DNA of 64,000 nt from Octopus sinensis. Lineage: Eukaryota. The stretch is from NCBI RefSeq assembly GCF_006345805.1, contig NC_043004.1, positions 44,702,001-44,766,000 on the forward strand. The letters are read 5' to 3'. Both the position numbers and the translations under genes were made by a program. This document shows positions 1 to 13,780 of the stretch, piece after piece. Below the pieces are notes generated by a model that saw only the letters and a list, made by a program, of their open reading frames with translations, was not told the DNA's origin and searched no databases. Each line of letters begins with the position of its first letter. Position 1 is the first letter of the stretch.

Positions 1-256
1 ATATACACATACACATACCTTTCTGTTCTATAATGAATAGGGAATATATAAATGTAGAAATATTGCGTCATTAAAAGTCTGTTATTGAGCAGTTCTAGTA
101 CTGAAGAAGGTCTGTTATTATACCTCGGTTCTCACTCTCGTATTTTATTGAGTTGTATAGACAATTAACTTCGTAGTAGTACAATTGAAGAATACACTGA
201 AATAGCTGGCAGATATCCCCCCACCCCACAACTATTTCACTCCAAACTCTACCGTA

Positions 257-485
257 TATTTCTTTATTACCCACAAGGGACTAAACACAGAGGGGACAAA
301 CAAGGACAGACAAAGGGATTAAATCGATTACATAGACCCCAGTGCGTAACTGGTACTTTATCGACCCCGAAAGGATGAAAGGCAAAGTCGACCTCGGCGG
401 AATTTGAACTCGGAACGTAACGACAGACGAAATGCGGCTACGCATTTCGCCCGGCGTGCTAACGTTCCTCCCAGCTCGCCGCCTT
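257..485 (-). mobile_element. tRNA-derived SINE, family A, full length
   Basis: Minus strand begins aaggcggcgagctgg, has B-box-like gagttcaaattcc and central gtcgactttgcctttcatcctttcggggtcgat. Flanked by direct repeat aaactctacc (244-253, 487-496). Homologous copies at 29620-30240 and 40732-40965. Confidence 0.9.
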
Positions 486-1224
486 AAAACTCTACCATAG
501 CCCTACCATGAAAGCTAGAAGGATCTAAGAGCAAGCATCATTCCTTTGCTAATTGTTTAGTGTCCCAATGAGGTCGTGGGCTAATACAGACTCCCTATCA
601 GCTATCCCACTCTTCGTCGAGCAAAACGTGGGCTTTTACTTATTTACAACTGAATGGAGTGGAGTAAGAAGAGATGAGTAGTCTTGCTCATGGAATCGAA
701 CCCATGACCTTATGACAGTAAGCCCAATAACTTAATCACTCGGTTACGCAATATGTCGTGTTATCTTGAAAACACAGTGTTGTTAGATGTATTGCTGCTG
801 CGGTGTGCCATCGGGAATATAGGAAGAAGATTGTAAAATTTGGGAATTCGAATTTGTTGTCTATGCAGAGCCATGCGCTGCTTTAAAATTATACCTGTTT
901 AGCCTATATAGGTTTCTTCCCACCTTCAGCTTGCTATTGCATAAAATATGTATTACAGATGCACAGGTAAAGTTATCTATATTTTTAACTGTTTGTTTTC
1001 TTTCGAACGAATATTCAATCCGTCTAACAGACTTGCATCCGTGTTTTTTTTTTCTTTTTTTGTATCGTCTGTCTGGATGTTTTGAAGCTTTTGTCCTATT
1101 TTTCGTATTCTTTTTTATATTAATATAGCGGCATACGTACACTTTGGTCTCATATATGTAAGCACGCACGCTCATACACACACAACACACACACACACAC
1201 ACACACAAACACACACAATCACAT

Positions 1225-1320
<96 letters not shown>

Positions 1321-2589
1321 ATAGATTTTGTACGATTCTATTATTCTTTCATTCTTTCTATCAGCCCCTTCACACTTACTTCGTTTTTTCCACTCTTCGT
1401 TCCTTCGTTTCCCCTCTCTCACATTTCCTGGCTTTCTCTTCATTCTCACCTTCCATTCTCTTTCACTTCATTCTGTACCTTTTCGTTTTTTCTCGTCCCT
1501 CCCCAATTTGTCTATCCCTTTGCCTCTACCTTTTCTCTCTTCTCTCTCCAGGTGACCGGTGTTCGGCCAAGCTTGACCTTTCCTTCTTGGTTCGACTACC
1601 ATCCGTTGCAACATCTATATTCCTCCCTATGCCTGTCACCTCTTATGTCACTGCCGTAGGGCTTCACCTCCACACACACACTAGATTAATTTAATTCCTC
1701 CTTAGTCGAAAGATACCTGTTGTCTATGCCTTTTATTCGCATTTGGATTTGTGTATCATTTCTACGTTTTTCCGTCATTGTTTTCTTATACATTCGCTGC
1801 TTTCATCCAATGAATCTAGTGCTCTTAGCTTACTTTTTCCTTGGAGCTGGCCAGATTGGAGCAATCTCGAGTATAACCAGCCGAAATTGCAAAGATAACC
1901 CGTCCTTGTTTTTTCGTATTGTCTGTCTGGATGTTTTGCGTTCTTGTCCCATTTTTGGTATTCCTTTATATATATATTACTGTTATGCACCGCTTGTTAT
2001 ACACCGCTGTTCACAATGCGCTTCCTCACATTATTGTATCTTTCGAATGAAGCGATTCCACTGGCTAGGTGGGTAGGCACAGATCCCACTTGAATGGAAC
2101 ACAGGGCTACGCACTAACAGTGTACTGAAGCATCGTAAGATGACGTGTTTTCTTTCAAGAACATAACGCCACACAACCAGTCTGGTTATCAAAACCGTGA
2201 TTTTACAATCGAGAGTGCAATACCGTAAAAAAATAGGCCACGCGCCTTCACACACAGGCACACGCACGCACATACGCGAGCGCATGCACACATACACACA
2301 CACACGCATACATACATATTGACCAAGTTATCGCTTCTTGTTATACAACGCTGTTCACAATGCGCTTCCTCACACTATTGTACCTCTTACAATAATATCC
2401 GGTTATATTCATGCCAAACTGAATCAAAAGTTTTTTTCGGATTTTCACTAATAATTTTTGGCACCTTGTATCTTCATATTATGTCATTAATTTGGTACAG
2501 TTTGTTTCCCAATCGTTTTTGCCGACTTGTTAATTCTTTATTTGCATATATATATAACATATAAACATTTAATTGTTTATTCTTATTTA

Positions 2590-3670
2590 ACTGTTTTGAT
2601 AAGGAATGGAAAGATTGCCTTTAGAATCCTTTTTCGCTGCCTGTGTAAAAAAAAAGGACTCAGTAAAACCAACGACAAAAGAAATTAATGATGTGGAAGA
2701 CCCAGGAACTGTGAACGAACCTATGTCACAAACCTGGTTCAGACGTTTCAAGAAAAGTGACTCCAGATTAGAAGACAAACTAAGGTCAGTGAGACCTTCT
2801 GTTGCGGATGATGATGCCGTGGTTCAAATGGCGGAACAACAGCAAATCACACACTCTCGTGCATTTTTGGCAGAACTTGGTTCTTCACAAAGCACACATC
2901 CATAAGCTTGACCTTTTGAGCAGATGCTGCCAAGATACTCCACATGAACTGGATAATGACCAGGCTGAAGGACGTGTAAAGATTTTCAAACAACTGCTGG
3001 TAAAGCCTCGAAATGCCCGTCTTTGGCATTGTATTGTAACTGGAGATGAAAACAAGATCTGTTTCCGTAATCTTAATAAGAGAAATCGATGGCTTCCTTC
3101 AGGCCAGACTTAAGAACCAGTTATCAAAGAGGAGAAGTGCTGTTTGGCGGAATTTCGAGTGAGTGTTGCACTTTGTCTTACTTCCATATTGTCATACTGA
3201 GAACGCTAAACTTTAGACTCAATAAATGCAGGGAATATAAGATATTTTGAAAGCCCACATCTCGCCTTGATCAGTCGAAGGACGACAATTCCCCCAGCAC
3301 ACACTGCCAATGTGAATAAGCGTAATCTTGAGGAACTACAGTGGTTGGAAGTGCCACCTCACCCTGCCAGCATTCCAGACCTTGCACAATCAGATTACCA
3401 TCTTTTCCGAGCAAATTTTTATTTCCTGCACAGACGGAGGATTCCTGTACGGATGGAGTAATGTGGGTGAGGTTGAAAACAGGTGCAGGGAGATTTTTAA
3501 CTTGAAATCATTCAAATGATATAGGCGTGAAATTGAGCTTTTGGCGCAACGATGGTTACAGACAACAGAATATGATGGTATATATTTTGACAAATAAACG
3601 ATTTTCCTATGTAATTTGATTGAATTATTAATTAAAGCTTAAAAATACGACAGAGCCTCTTACACAGCCA
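2590..3670 (+). mobile_element. Degenerate mariner (Tc1/mariner) transposase pseudogene
   Basis: Frameshifted pieces read WFRRFKKSDSRLEDKLRSVRPS (HTH), IVTGDENKI (first catalytic D), and HPASIPDLAQSDYHLFR (HPPYSPDLAPSDYHLF-like). TIRs not clearly resolved. Confidence 0.9.
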
Positions 3671-3681
3671 TGTATATGTAC

Positions 3682-3738
<57 letters not shown>

Positions 3739-3825
3739 TGTGAGTGTGTGATTTGTCCGTGTTACTATTATGTGAGACTCCAGGTCTTTCCATTCTCAAG
3801 TCACATCAAAAGCTAAACAAAATCA

Positions 3826-3922
3826 ACTGCTGCTGCTACTACTACTACTACTACTACAATTACTACTACTACTACTATTGCTGCCACCACCATCATTTCT
3901 TTTTCTTCTCCTTCTTCTTCTT

Positions 3923-3963
<41 letters not shown>

Positions 3964-4120
3964 GCTGCCACCACCATCATTTCTTTTTCTTCTTCTTCTA
4001 CTTATTCTTCTTCTACTACTACTACTATTACTACTACTACTATTACTACTACTACTATTACTACTACTACTATTACTACTACTACTATTACTACTACTAC
4101 TATTACTACTACTAGTAGTA
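3826..4120. repeat. Compound trinucleotide microsatellite (TAC/TTC/CAC) with higher-order units
   Basis: Block tgctgccaccaccatcatttctttttcttct occurs twice, followed by a (TAC)n array with periodic TAT interruptions. Confidence 0.9.
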
Positions 4121-4439
4121 GTCATCGATTCAAAAACAGCTGGAGGTACATTAAGATTTAAAGCAACTAGCCAAATTCCGTCAATTTCTCTTTTATTTCT
4201 GAGATAAATCGATCGATAGTTGTGTATCCTTATCACATTGCTTCAATCAGATGATTGAATCATATATCTGGTGCTGTGGTAAGCAGAATGATGGATGTGA
4301 CATATTCTTGGCATTAAAAACATCTCTTTCCGTGTGCAACATTTACTCAATAACCAGAAAAACGTTACAATATGCAACCTAAAAATTGATATTAACGAAG
4401 CTAAAAGAAAATAACGGGATCTGATTTCATGTTGTGGTA

Positions 4440-4893
4440 TGCATACATACATACATACATACATACATGCATGCATACGTGCATACATGCATGCATACAT
4501 ACACACACATGCATAAATCTAAATCAAAATATAAGTATATATGCATGTATGCATGAATGTATGCATGTGTGTGTATGTATGTATTTATATATGTATGTGT
4601 ATGCATCTATGTATGTGTGTGTATGCATGCAAGTATTTATATATGTATGTGTATGCATCTCTGTATGTGTGTGTATGCATGTAAGTTTGTATGTACGTAT
4701 GTATATGTATGTATGGGTGTATGCATGTATGAGTGTGAGATTGTGTTCTATACTTGAAATGCGTGAGTACATGCTAATATATATATACATCCACATACAC
4801 ACACAGATCAGATGGATACATAAAGAGACATAGACAGACAGGCAGATATACAGACAGACAGACAGATAGATAGATAGACAGACAGACAGACAA

Positions 4894-4950
<57 letters not shown>

Positions 4951-4978
4951 AGATAGATAGATAGATAGACAGATAGAC

Positions 4979-5029
<51 letters not shown>

Positions 5030-5046
5030 CAGATAGACAGATAGAC

Positions 5047-5099
<53 letters not shown>

Positions 5100-5275
5100 T
5101 GCAAGCAGATATGGATGTATATGTGTGCGCTTGTGAAATGCGTGTTTGTGTTTCGTGTTTTGACATACATACATAAATATATACACACATACTTACACAC
5201 ATACATACATACATACATACATACATACATACATACATACATACATACATACATACATACATACATACATACAGA
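4440..5275. repeat. Compound microsatellite field (TACA)n/(TG)n/(GATA)n/(GACA)n
   Basis: Directly visible. Similar fields at ~10200-11225, 13975-14850, 30735-31420, 47815-50270, 56190-56455 and 59200-60100. Confidence 0.95.
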
Positions 5276-5577
5276 CGTACGTAAATACGTATGCGTTTAT
5301 ATATGCTTATAAACTATTATTGAACATATAATCTTTTACTCAAATGTCAAACATCCACGCATTTAAGTAGGAAAAATGGGTTGTTATGTCTTGCCTAGAT
5401 TTTTATGACTAGCCTGTGATTGATCATATAATTGTTGTTCAACTTACGTGATGTACATTAAATACTGAGACAATGAGGCAGCCTGAAGATGGTCTCTGTT
5501 GCTGCTAGAAATAAATGTTATATGCACGTCAGGTTCTACTGTATGAATTTATGAAGAAATATAAAAGAAAAGCGTTG

Positions 5578-6026
5578 GGATCTTGTCGGTTTGAACGGCA
5601 GTTTTTTCTAGCGGTGTCATATGAAATTGTCACCTATAATTATGACCCTAGTGTCGATCTATTGCATTTCAATCTATTTTAGGGTTACGGTTAGTTAGGG
5701 TTAGTTATGGTTAGGGTTAGGGTTAATGTTAGGGTTAGGGTATCTTTTTTTCTTCACAAATGTAAATAAACCCAATCTGTTTCATAAACGAGGGACATAC
5801 TCATATAGCACAGAATGGCTTTTACCTCAATAGACGTCACTGATTGGTTGAAATTGCAGAAATTGGAGAAAAATAAACAACAAATATCTTACAAACCATA
5901 GAATTTTCTCAATAAAGCCAAGAGAAAAATATGTTTTATAAACACATTCTACCAGTATACGAAGTTTAAAATTTTTTAGTTACCTAGAAATTAAGTTAAA
6001 AACTGCCGTTCAAGCCGAAAAGATTC
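5578..6026 (+). mobile_element. MITE with ~28-bp TIRs, 8-bp TSD and internal TTAGGG repeats (possibly Merlin-type)
   Basis: TIRs ggatcttgtcggtttgaacggcagtttt / aaaactgccgttcaagccgaaaagattc. TSD aagcgttg at 5570-5577 and 6027-6034. Inverted second copy at 45491-45931. Superfamily is inferred from GG termini and 8-bp TSD. Confidence 0.9.
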
Positions 6027-6393
6027 AAGCGTTGGATACCGCGATCCGAGGGACATTTGGCTGAGAAAATGTGTCTTTGTTTGGGGTTGTCACGCAGTGA
6101 AGGTCCTTATTTATAGTATTTTTGGTCATGAGCGACCACTAGCCTACAACTCGCACGAACGGACCAATGACTTGTTAGCACTACTACCTCGACTACTACT
6201 ACTACTAGTAGTAGTAGTCGTAGTAGTAGTAATTCCATGACTAAGCAATAGTCTTGCTATTGCTTTTCAAATCGTACCTTATTATCTTAATATTTAAAAA
6301 ATTGATACATGGGATAAAGTACAGTTAAACAATAGCTGTAGCGAATATGATTTGATAACATACGTCATTCCTTGCTTTCTCTAATTATTTTTG

Positions 6394-6767
6394 AGGCGCA
6401 GGAGTGGCTTTGTGGTAAGTAGCTTGTCTACCAGCCACATGCCTTGGGCAAGTGCCTTCTACTATAGCCTCAGGCCGACCAAAGCCTTGTGAGTGGATTT
6501 GGTAGTCGGAAACTGAAAGAAGCCCGTCGTATATATGTATATATATATATGCGTGTGTGTGTTTGTGTGTCTGTGTTTGTCCCCCTAGCATTGCTTGACA
6601 ACCGATGCTGGTGTGTTTATGTCCCCGTTACTTAGCGGTTCGGCAAAAGAGATCCGATAGAATAAGTACTGGGCTTACAAAAGAATAAGTCCCGGGGTCG
6701 AGTTGCTCGATTAAAGGCGGTGCTCCAGCATGGCCGCAGTCAAATGACTGAAACAAGTAAAGAGAAT
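6394..6767 (+). mobile_element. tRNA-derived SINE, family B
   Basis: Head ggcgcaggagtggc, CORE-like ccttgggcaagtg segment, internal TA/TG microsatellite, tail ctccagcatggccgcagtcaaatgactgaaacaagtaaagag. About ten homologues in the window. Confidence 0.9.
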
Positions 6768-7143
6768 ACGTAGTCACGAGCAGATATAGGCAGATGCTGT
6801 CATCCCACCCACCATTCACGCAAGAGAACATTTTAGATGTCACATCTGGAGAGAAAGAAGTAGCCGCACCAGCAGTTGGCTGGTATTCATTAAAACTTAT
6901 TCTAAAGATACAAACCGAAATGAGGTGCCTTACTTTAGGACACAATGTTCTAAGCAGTCCAAGAACCGAATTCATGAACTTATGATTACGAGACCAACAG
7001 TACTTACCATTATTACACCTTAGTCCTTCACGTCTAACGCATTCGGAGAACATTTTTTTCTCAAAATAATCAATTTGGTCTTGGTTGTAGTACTTTTAAT
7101 TGTAAGTCTACATGATCAGAACTAATATGGTGCTAATCAATAT

Positions 7144-7453
7144 TGTTTGTTTGTTTGTTCCTTCTCGAGCCATGCCTCTTTCATAAGGCCGGTTTTCCGG
7201 TTTCTTGGCGTATAGGTTCCCCACCTGGACGGGACGCAGGTCCGTCGCAGGTAAGCTGCAAGATGCAGGAGGAAAGAGTGAGAGAAAGTTGTGGCGAAAG
7301 AGTCAGCAAAAGTTCGCCATTACCTTCTGCCGGAGCTGCGTGGAGCCTAGGTGCTTTCGCTCATAAACACACACATCACCCGGTCTGAGATTCGAACCCT
7401 CGATCCCTCGACCGCGAGTCCGCTGCTCTAACCACTAGGCCATGTGCCTCCAC
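7144..7453 (-). mobile_element. tRNA(Arg)-like SINE, family C, V-domain-like tail
   Basis: Minus-strand head gtggaggcacatggcctagtggttagagcagcggactcgcgg...ggttcgaatc (TCG at the anticodon position). Tail cctgcgacggacctgcgtcccgtccagg and (AAAC)n. TSD aatcaatat at 7135-7143 and 7454-7462. Confidence 0.9.
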
Positions 7454-8076
7454 AATCAATATCAAGAACAACTACTGCAACCTACTAATAGACTGACTTT
7501 GAGAGTTTGATGCCGCTATAAACAGACACGAGACAATCATACAAGATGTTACGAACAGCTTGTCATTTATGAGGCTCAACGAGGCTTTAATATCCTTTGT
7601 CAAAGGAGATTCGACTATCAAAGTAGTCGCCATCCCAATGAGCATTTCCCGGCCCTTCATCAGTGAAGAGACGAACGGCGCAGTGTGCCTAACAAGCTTT
7701 TGAGAGGGCCGCGGTCGAGTCATGCTTTTAACAATTTCCCATGTATTGCGTCTCAGAATAGACATTAATGAACAGTTTATTTACAACTAATTATAAATCT
7801 TAGGCCTTGAGCATATATCGGAAATCAATGGATTAGTTCTCTATTTTATGTTATACATTCTCCATCGTTATTAGTTGAATTAATTAAACAAGACCTAATA
7901 CATCAAAAGAATTAAATACAGATGTGCGTATATCTGTGCGTGTGTATATACAATTGTATTATATATATAGTATATACATACATATATATATAGTTTATGC
8001 ATACATACAGGCATATATGAAATATATGCATACACACACACGCACACACACATATATATGAATATATATATATACA

Positions 8077-8120
<44 letters not shown>

Positions 8121-8557
8121 ATGTACATCAGTCTATATACATATATGCACATTTATACGAATTTAGACATGCGCTTCACCTCTTGTGTGTATGACACAAT
8201 GAACTTGTGTGTGTGTTGTTATTGAAATCCAAGTCGACGTTGATACAGTAAGTCTACTGTTTATTCCGACTGTATCCATTCCCTTTCAGACACACACACA
8301 CACACATGCACACATGTACTTACATATAAATATATATATATATAAATATAAATATATATACTGTATGTAAGAAAAAGGGACACAAGACAGGTGTAGGAGC
8401 AACAAGCAGCTGTGTTAGTTGTTTAACGTTCGGGGAAATAGAAAAGTCGTTCAGAGATTTAAAATTAATAGTTTTTCTATTTACAAAATTAGTGATTGTG
8501 TGTCACTTTAAAGCTTCGAACAAGACCTAGTGCTGCCATCTCTAGCTAAGCGATTAT

Positions 8558-8603
8558 TCTGTGCTGATGAAGAGAAATAACCTAGAAACCATTGATACAT
8601 AGA
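8558..8603 (+). ncRNA. Degenerate type I hammerhead-like motif
   Basis: tctgtg-CTGATGA-agagaaataaccta-GAAACCATTGATA-cataga. Stem I 6 bp (one G-U), stem III has a C-A mismatch, stem II weak. Shares gtgctgatgaagaga with the motif at 20712. Confidence 0.45.
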
Positions 8604-8924
8604 TATCGCTTTGAGCTGAGTGGGGATAATGGCTCCCTTCTTTGAAGTGTAAGGACGCAGCTAGTGAGTCGATTGCCTGCTGGAGAAGATGTTTTCTGGG
8701 GTTTTAGTAGTAACATTCATTCTAATCAGGACTGCCACTTTACGTGGGCAAACAATCTTTACGCTAAAGTACTGTTTCTCGTGCATGTTTCTCGTTCAGA
8801 GATTTAGAATTAATAGTTGATATATATATATATATATATACAGAGAGAAGAGGGAGGGATGAGAGAAAGAGAGGGGGTAGAAGGTGTAGGAGAGTGAGGT
8901 ATTTATGCCTGTATATACATATAT

Positions 8925-9111
8925 GTGTGGTCAGAAGCTTGCTTCTCAACCACATGGTTTGGTGTTCAGTCCCACTGCGTTGCACCTTCGGCAAGTATCT
9001 ATAGATAGTAATATAGGTAGATAGATAAACAGATAGATAAGAAGATAAATAAATAGATAGATAGATAGATAGATTGATAGATAGATAAACAGATAGACAG
9101 ACAGTTAGATT

Positions 9112-9173
<62 letters not shown>

Positions 9174-9178
9174 CAGAC

Positions 9179-9221
<43 letters not shown>

Positions 9222-9225
9222 AAGA

Positions 9226-9301
<76 letters not shown>

Positions 9302-9535
9302 TGTGTGAGGATATGGGCGTGGGTTTGTCTGTCTTTGCCCGCCCTCCATCGCATGACAAACGATGTCGGTGTAGTTACATGCCCGTAACATAGCGGTTCG
9401 GTAAAAGATACCGATAGAATAGGTACTACGATTACAAAGAATAAGTCCTCGGGTCGATTTCTTCGACTGAAAAGCCAATTAAGGTGGTGCTCCAGCATGG
9501 CTGCACTCAAATTATTGAAATAAATAAAACAATAA
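8925..9535 (+). mobile_element. Diverged SINE family B copy split by a ~300-bp (GATA)n tract
   Basis: Head gttcagtcccactgcgttgcaccttcggcaagt (to ~8998); family B tail resumes at ~9315. Confidence 0.75.
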
Positions 9536-10260
9536 AAATATACACACCCAGACACACAAACACTCACACGTACTCACTCACTCACTCGCATACACATATA
9601 AAGATAAATTGGAATGCAAATTATATTACTTTTATATGTTTTTTTGTGTTTTTTTTTCCTTGCTCTGAATTCTATCAACGAATCAGTTGCTCAGTATATC
9701 CACTCTGAAATAACGTGAGTTATGCCAATAAATATGGAATTTAACGACTAGCAATCAGTAGCCTGATAAGATGTATTCTGTTTGTTGAAACCATACAGAT
9801 GATAACGAAAACAATCTAAACAGAATTACATAGAATCAAAATATCATAATCAAATAAGAATCATTAGAATTAGTGGAAAGTAGTAATGGTCCGTGTTGGC
9901 TAGAGTTAATTCAGTGGAAAGAAAAATGAAGATAGGTTTTTTCTTTAAAAGACGAAGAAGTACTGCAGAGCTAGTATCATGCTATCAGGGCGTTTACTAT
10001 TAGCTATCAGTTTGATTGGTACCTGGCGCCAGTTATAGTCTCGTTTATTTTCTATTTGTCAACGTAAGTTCCATTTAATGTACAATCGGAGACGTACACG
10101 AACGCAAAGAGGAGATTTATGCGCATATATGTATAGGAACACACTTAGGCATACGCATTCACTCACATAGATATATAACATATACATGATACACATATAG
10201 CGTGTCTGTACGTGTAAGCATATATATATATACATATATGTATATACACACACACACGTA

Positions 10261-10305
<45 letters not shown>

Positions 10306-10382
10306 CATAATAAAATATATATATATATACATACAGCAAATGCATAGTACACTTAAGTCTGTGTGTGTGTATATATGCATGC

Positions 10383-10428
<46 letters not shown>

Positions 10429-10536
10429 ATATGCAGGTATATATATGTATATATATGAATATAAATATTCATGTATATATAGACATGTACACATATATAT
10501 ATAGACACACGCACACACACACATACATACACACAC

Positions 10537-10588
<52 letters not shown>

Positions 10589-10636
10589 TATATATATGGG
10601 TGTATATAGATAGACAGGGACAGAAAAAGAAAGAGA

Positions 10637-10702
<66 letters not shown>

Positions 10703-11147
10703 GGATACCTGTATGCATAGATATATATATATGTGTGTGTGTGTGCATGCGTGGATGGATTGATGGATGCATGGATGGATGCATGGATGGATGGACGCAT
10801 GGATGGATGGACGCATGGATGGATGCATCGATGTATTTCTCCATTTTCGCTTTTTGTTCATATGCGTGCGACTGCAAGCGTGTGTGTTTGTAAATGTTAT
10901 TCATGATTGTAAATGTGTATACATGTATGGAAGTTTGTGTAAATATATATACGTATACATACTTATACACTCACACATATATGTATGTGTGTATGTATGT
11001 ATGTATGTATGTATGTATGTATGTATGTATGTATGTATGTATGCCCAAGCATATAATTTAATCAAATATACACACGCAAGAATATACACGCGAAGTACAA
11101 TGAAAAGGACGAATATTAATTAACAAATATCAGTCTTCCGCACTCTC

Positions 11148-11191
<44 letters not shown>

Positions 11192-12099
11192 TGTGTATGT
11201 GTGTGTGTGTGCGTGTGTGTGTGTAACCTCTCGAATTACACAAAATATTGGGAATCTAGAAAAACACGTACACAAAACTCGTAAAAAAACATTAGGTGAA
11301 TATATGTATAACTGAAACACAATCCTTTAGTTGTGAATACCGCGATGCATACAGAATGACAGCAGAAGTAACTAAAGATACAGCCGTCTTCTAATATTTT
11401 GGTACGGCGAAATTGATTTTAAACAAGATATTACTTATGTCGTGTTTAGCTGAAAGTGAGATTGTGCTGTAGGATGAATGAAAGAAAGAAGAATGAGGAC
11501 TCTCGTGTGTTTATTAAAAAAAGAAACTCACAAACATATACATGTAGTACATATATAAAATACAGAAATAAATTTATCAGCAAAGAAACGGTAGTGGTAA
11601 AACGGAAAAAAAAAATCCTATTAGTTTAACGATTCTGAGTGTTTTGGAGCAAAATAAAATACGTAGGCGAATATCATGATGAGTGGAAAAGAAAATAAAA
11701 CATTCAAGGCTGGAATTTGATAAACGAGATATGATGTTTATTGTTATATTTGAAACAAGAAAAATGGCGGAAAATAACATGTAACTGAAGTTGTGTACTG
11801 TAACAGAGTTTTAGACCTAATACACCACTTTGCCTGGCCCATGGCAGCGTCAAATGGAGTCCACTCTGCCGAGAGCTGAAGGTGTAATCTTTACGCCAGT
11901 CTTGGAATTATTGAATGGCACGCCAATGGAAAAAGTTATCTTGAATTATTTTAACAGATCGGCTCGGTTCGCCTGACGATGTGCCATATCTCATGTATGC
12001 TGGCTTTTCTACAAAAGCTGCCCATGTCATCACTCTGCTGAAGATGACAGCCAACGTTTCTCCAAATCTCATTCTATCGTTTTGAAAGGAGCAACTTAC

Positions 12100-12243
12100 T
12101 CTTTACTCTTTACTCTTACTTGTTTCAGTCATTTGACTGTGGCCATGCTGGAGCAACGCCTTTAATCGAGCAACTCGACCCCGGGACTTATTCCTTTGTA
12201 AGCCCAATACTTATTCTATCGGTCTTTTTAGCCAAACCGCTAA
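12100..12243 (-). mobile_element. SINE family B 3' fragment
   Basis: Matches the reverse complement of the family B tail (tgtttcagtcatttgactgtggccatgctggagc). Confidence 0.85.
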
Positions 12244-12554
12244 GTTAGATAACATAGTCCTGGATTCTCAATGCATAGGAAAAAATTGGATTCTCACGAC
12301 TGGAATAAATTTCATCACTAGTCATTTCGATCAGTGTTGATCTGCGATCATGCAACAACAACAACAACAACTGCGAGAATTCAATCTCTTGTGAGTATTC
12401 GGACTAGATCTCCTGTTTGAGGAAAACTTTCTCCTTTCCAGCAATTACGGAAGCCATGAAAAAGGACATGCGATGCAATCCAGTACTGATATAGTTCCCT
12501 ATAACACATATATGATATCAGGTATAGTTATGTGGTTAGGCGGTTCGCTTCACA

Positions 12555-12730
12555 GCCAACTGGTATTCACACCTTTAAAAGCAAGAAATACTGGTGCAAC
12601 ATCCCAATAGAAGCATCAATTCAATGCAAACATAACAGACCTGATATTGTACTGTGTGATACGGAACAAATGTTTTACACTGCTGTAGAGGTCAGCTACC
12701 CAGTGGGTGTGAATGTACAATCAAAAGTCT
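12555..12730 (+). mobile_element. Restriction-like-endonuclease (R2/R4/NeSL group) LINE fragment
   Basis: Translation KYWCNIPIEASIQCKHNRPDIVLCD...AVEVSYP fits the RPDIV...E PD-(D/E)xK-type motif of RLE non-LTR elements. Confidence 0.7.
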
Positions 12731-12794
12731 ATCGCGTAGTGGCTAAGAGCGCAGCTATTAACCCCAAGATTCTGAGTTCGATTCCAGGCAGTGA

Positions 12795-12844
<50 letters not shown>

Positions 12845-13012
12845 TAATAATAATAATAATAACAACAACAACAACATCGAAAAATATTTTAAGAATGAGA
12901 ACCCAGGTTCGAAATTTCCCCAAGACACCTGATGAAGGTTGGAGGGTATATCCGTCAAATGTAAATAATGTAAATAATGCACATAATTCCTCATCTCTTA
13001 AATATAGAATTG
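12731..13012 (+). mobile_element. Short element with tRNA-like head, (AAT)n spacer and unique tail
   Basis: A-box-like gtggctaagagc, B-box gagttcgattcc (12774-12785), (AAT)n at 12799-12860, then a tail containing acacCTGATGAagg. Confidence 0.65.
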
Positions 13013-13029
13013 TAGTATAGTAACATTCA

Positions 13030-13780
13030 CTGACAATCAGTCTTGGATTACGTACTCTTTATGAAAAGTTATTGAGTCTTGTTGAAACTCGTTTGACTCG
13101 TGCACTTCATCCATCCAAAGTTTAATAGGTGTCTCCAGCAAATCAACATATCCAACCGGCGCTTGTGGAATGATATGAAATTGCGTGATGTGGCCTTCTT
13201 TACTCGCCATGCCAAACAAGAACCACAATTGCTAGAAACTTACAGCGAATCTCTCTGAGGCTATGAGAATGATCTGCACATAACCCTCTGTCATTTCTCC
13301 TATTAGACTTTTGGTCTAATGCCAGGTTTGCAGATGTTTTTAAACTTGTTAGATAACCACTTCACTCAGATCAAACGGTTCACCCGTGACCTTGCGCAGA
13401 CAAATTGGCCTCGCCTCAGCGCATAAGACTCGTATCGAATGTATGTCACAGTTTTGATAGTCCACTCCGATGCCTGAAGATCTTTCGCGACTGATCTCAT
13501 AGATTTGCCAGCAGCAACATCAATAATATTTTGGAAACGCTGGATGCATTGCGAAATCCGTAAAGAAATCAAACGCTGATATAGTTTAAATACTCCAACT
13601 AGTGTCTTCTAACTTCATGTGAACTTTGTGGATAAAACATCGTGCTACAATTAAAAAGTTGGTGATTCCTATGTTATTGCTGCAACGTGTGCATGTCTTT
13701 CCATTTCTTGCGTTAATATTTTTCATGCTGAATCTGAACAAATAAAAGCACCTTTTAATGGTTTGAAGTATTTCTCTGCC
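13030..13780 (-). mobile_element. Degenerate Tc1/mariner-superfamily transposase fragment (maT/DD37D-like)
   Basis: Pieces KSMRSVAKDLQASEWTIK (HTH) and YVDLLETPIKLWMDEV...FQQDS (FQQDSAPxH-like). Subfamily assignment is inference. Confidence 0.7.

Noticed and set aside
95-215. CTGAAGA...GAAATAGCTGGC, and CTGAAGA plus hairpin at 31557
   Set aside because: No stem I pairing in the first; no GAAA in the second.
5675-5740. TTAGGG runs as a telomere or fusion site
   Set aside because: Short, degenerate and internal to a TSD-bounded MITE present twice.
7640-7680. Minus-strand CTGATGA...GAAA
   Set aside because: No supporting stems; consistent with chance.
12731-12796. Possible tRNA gene (likewise the heads of SINE families A-C)
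   Set aside because: A/B boxes present but no complete cloverleaf; embedded in repeat units, so treated as SINE heads.
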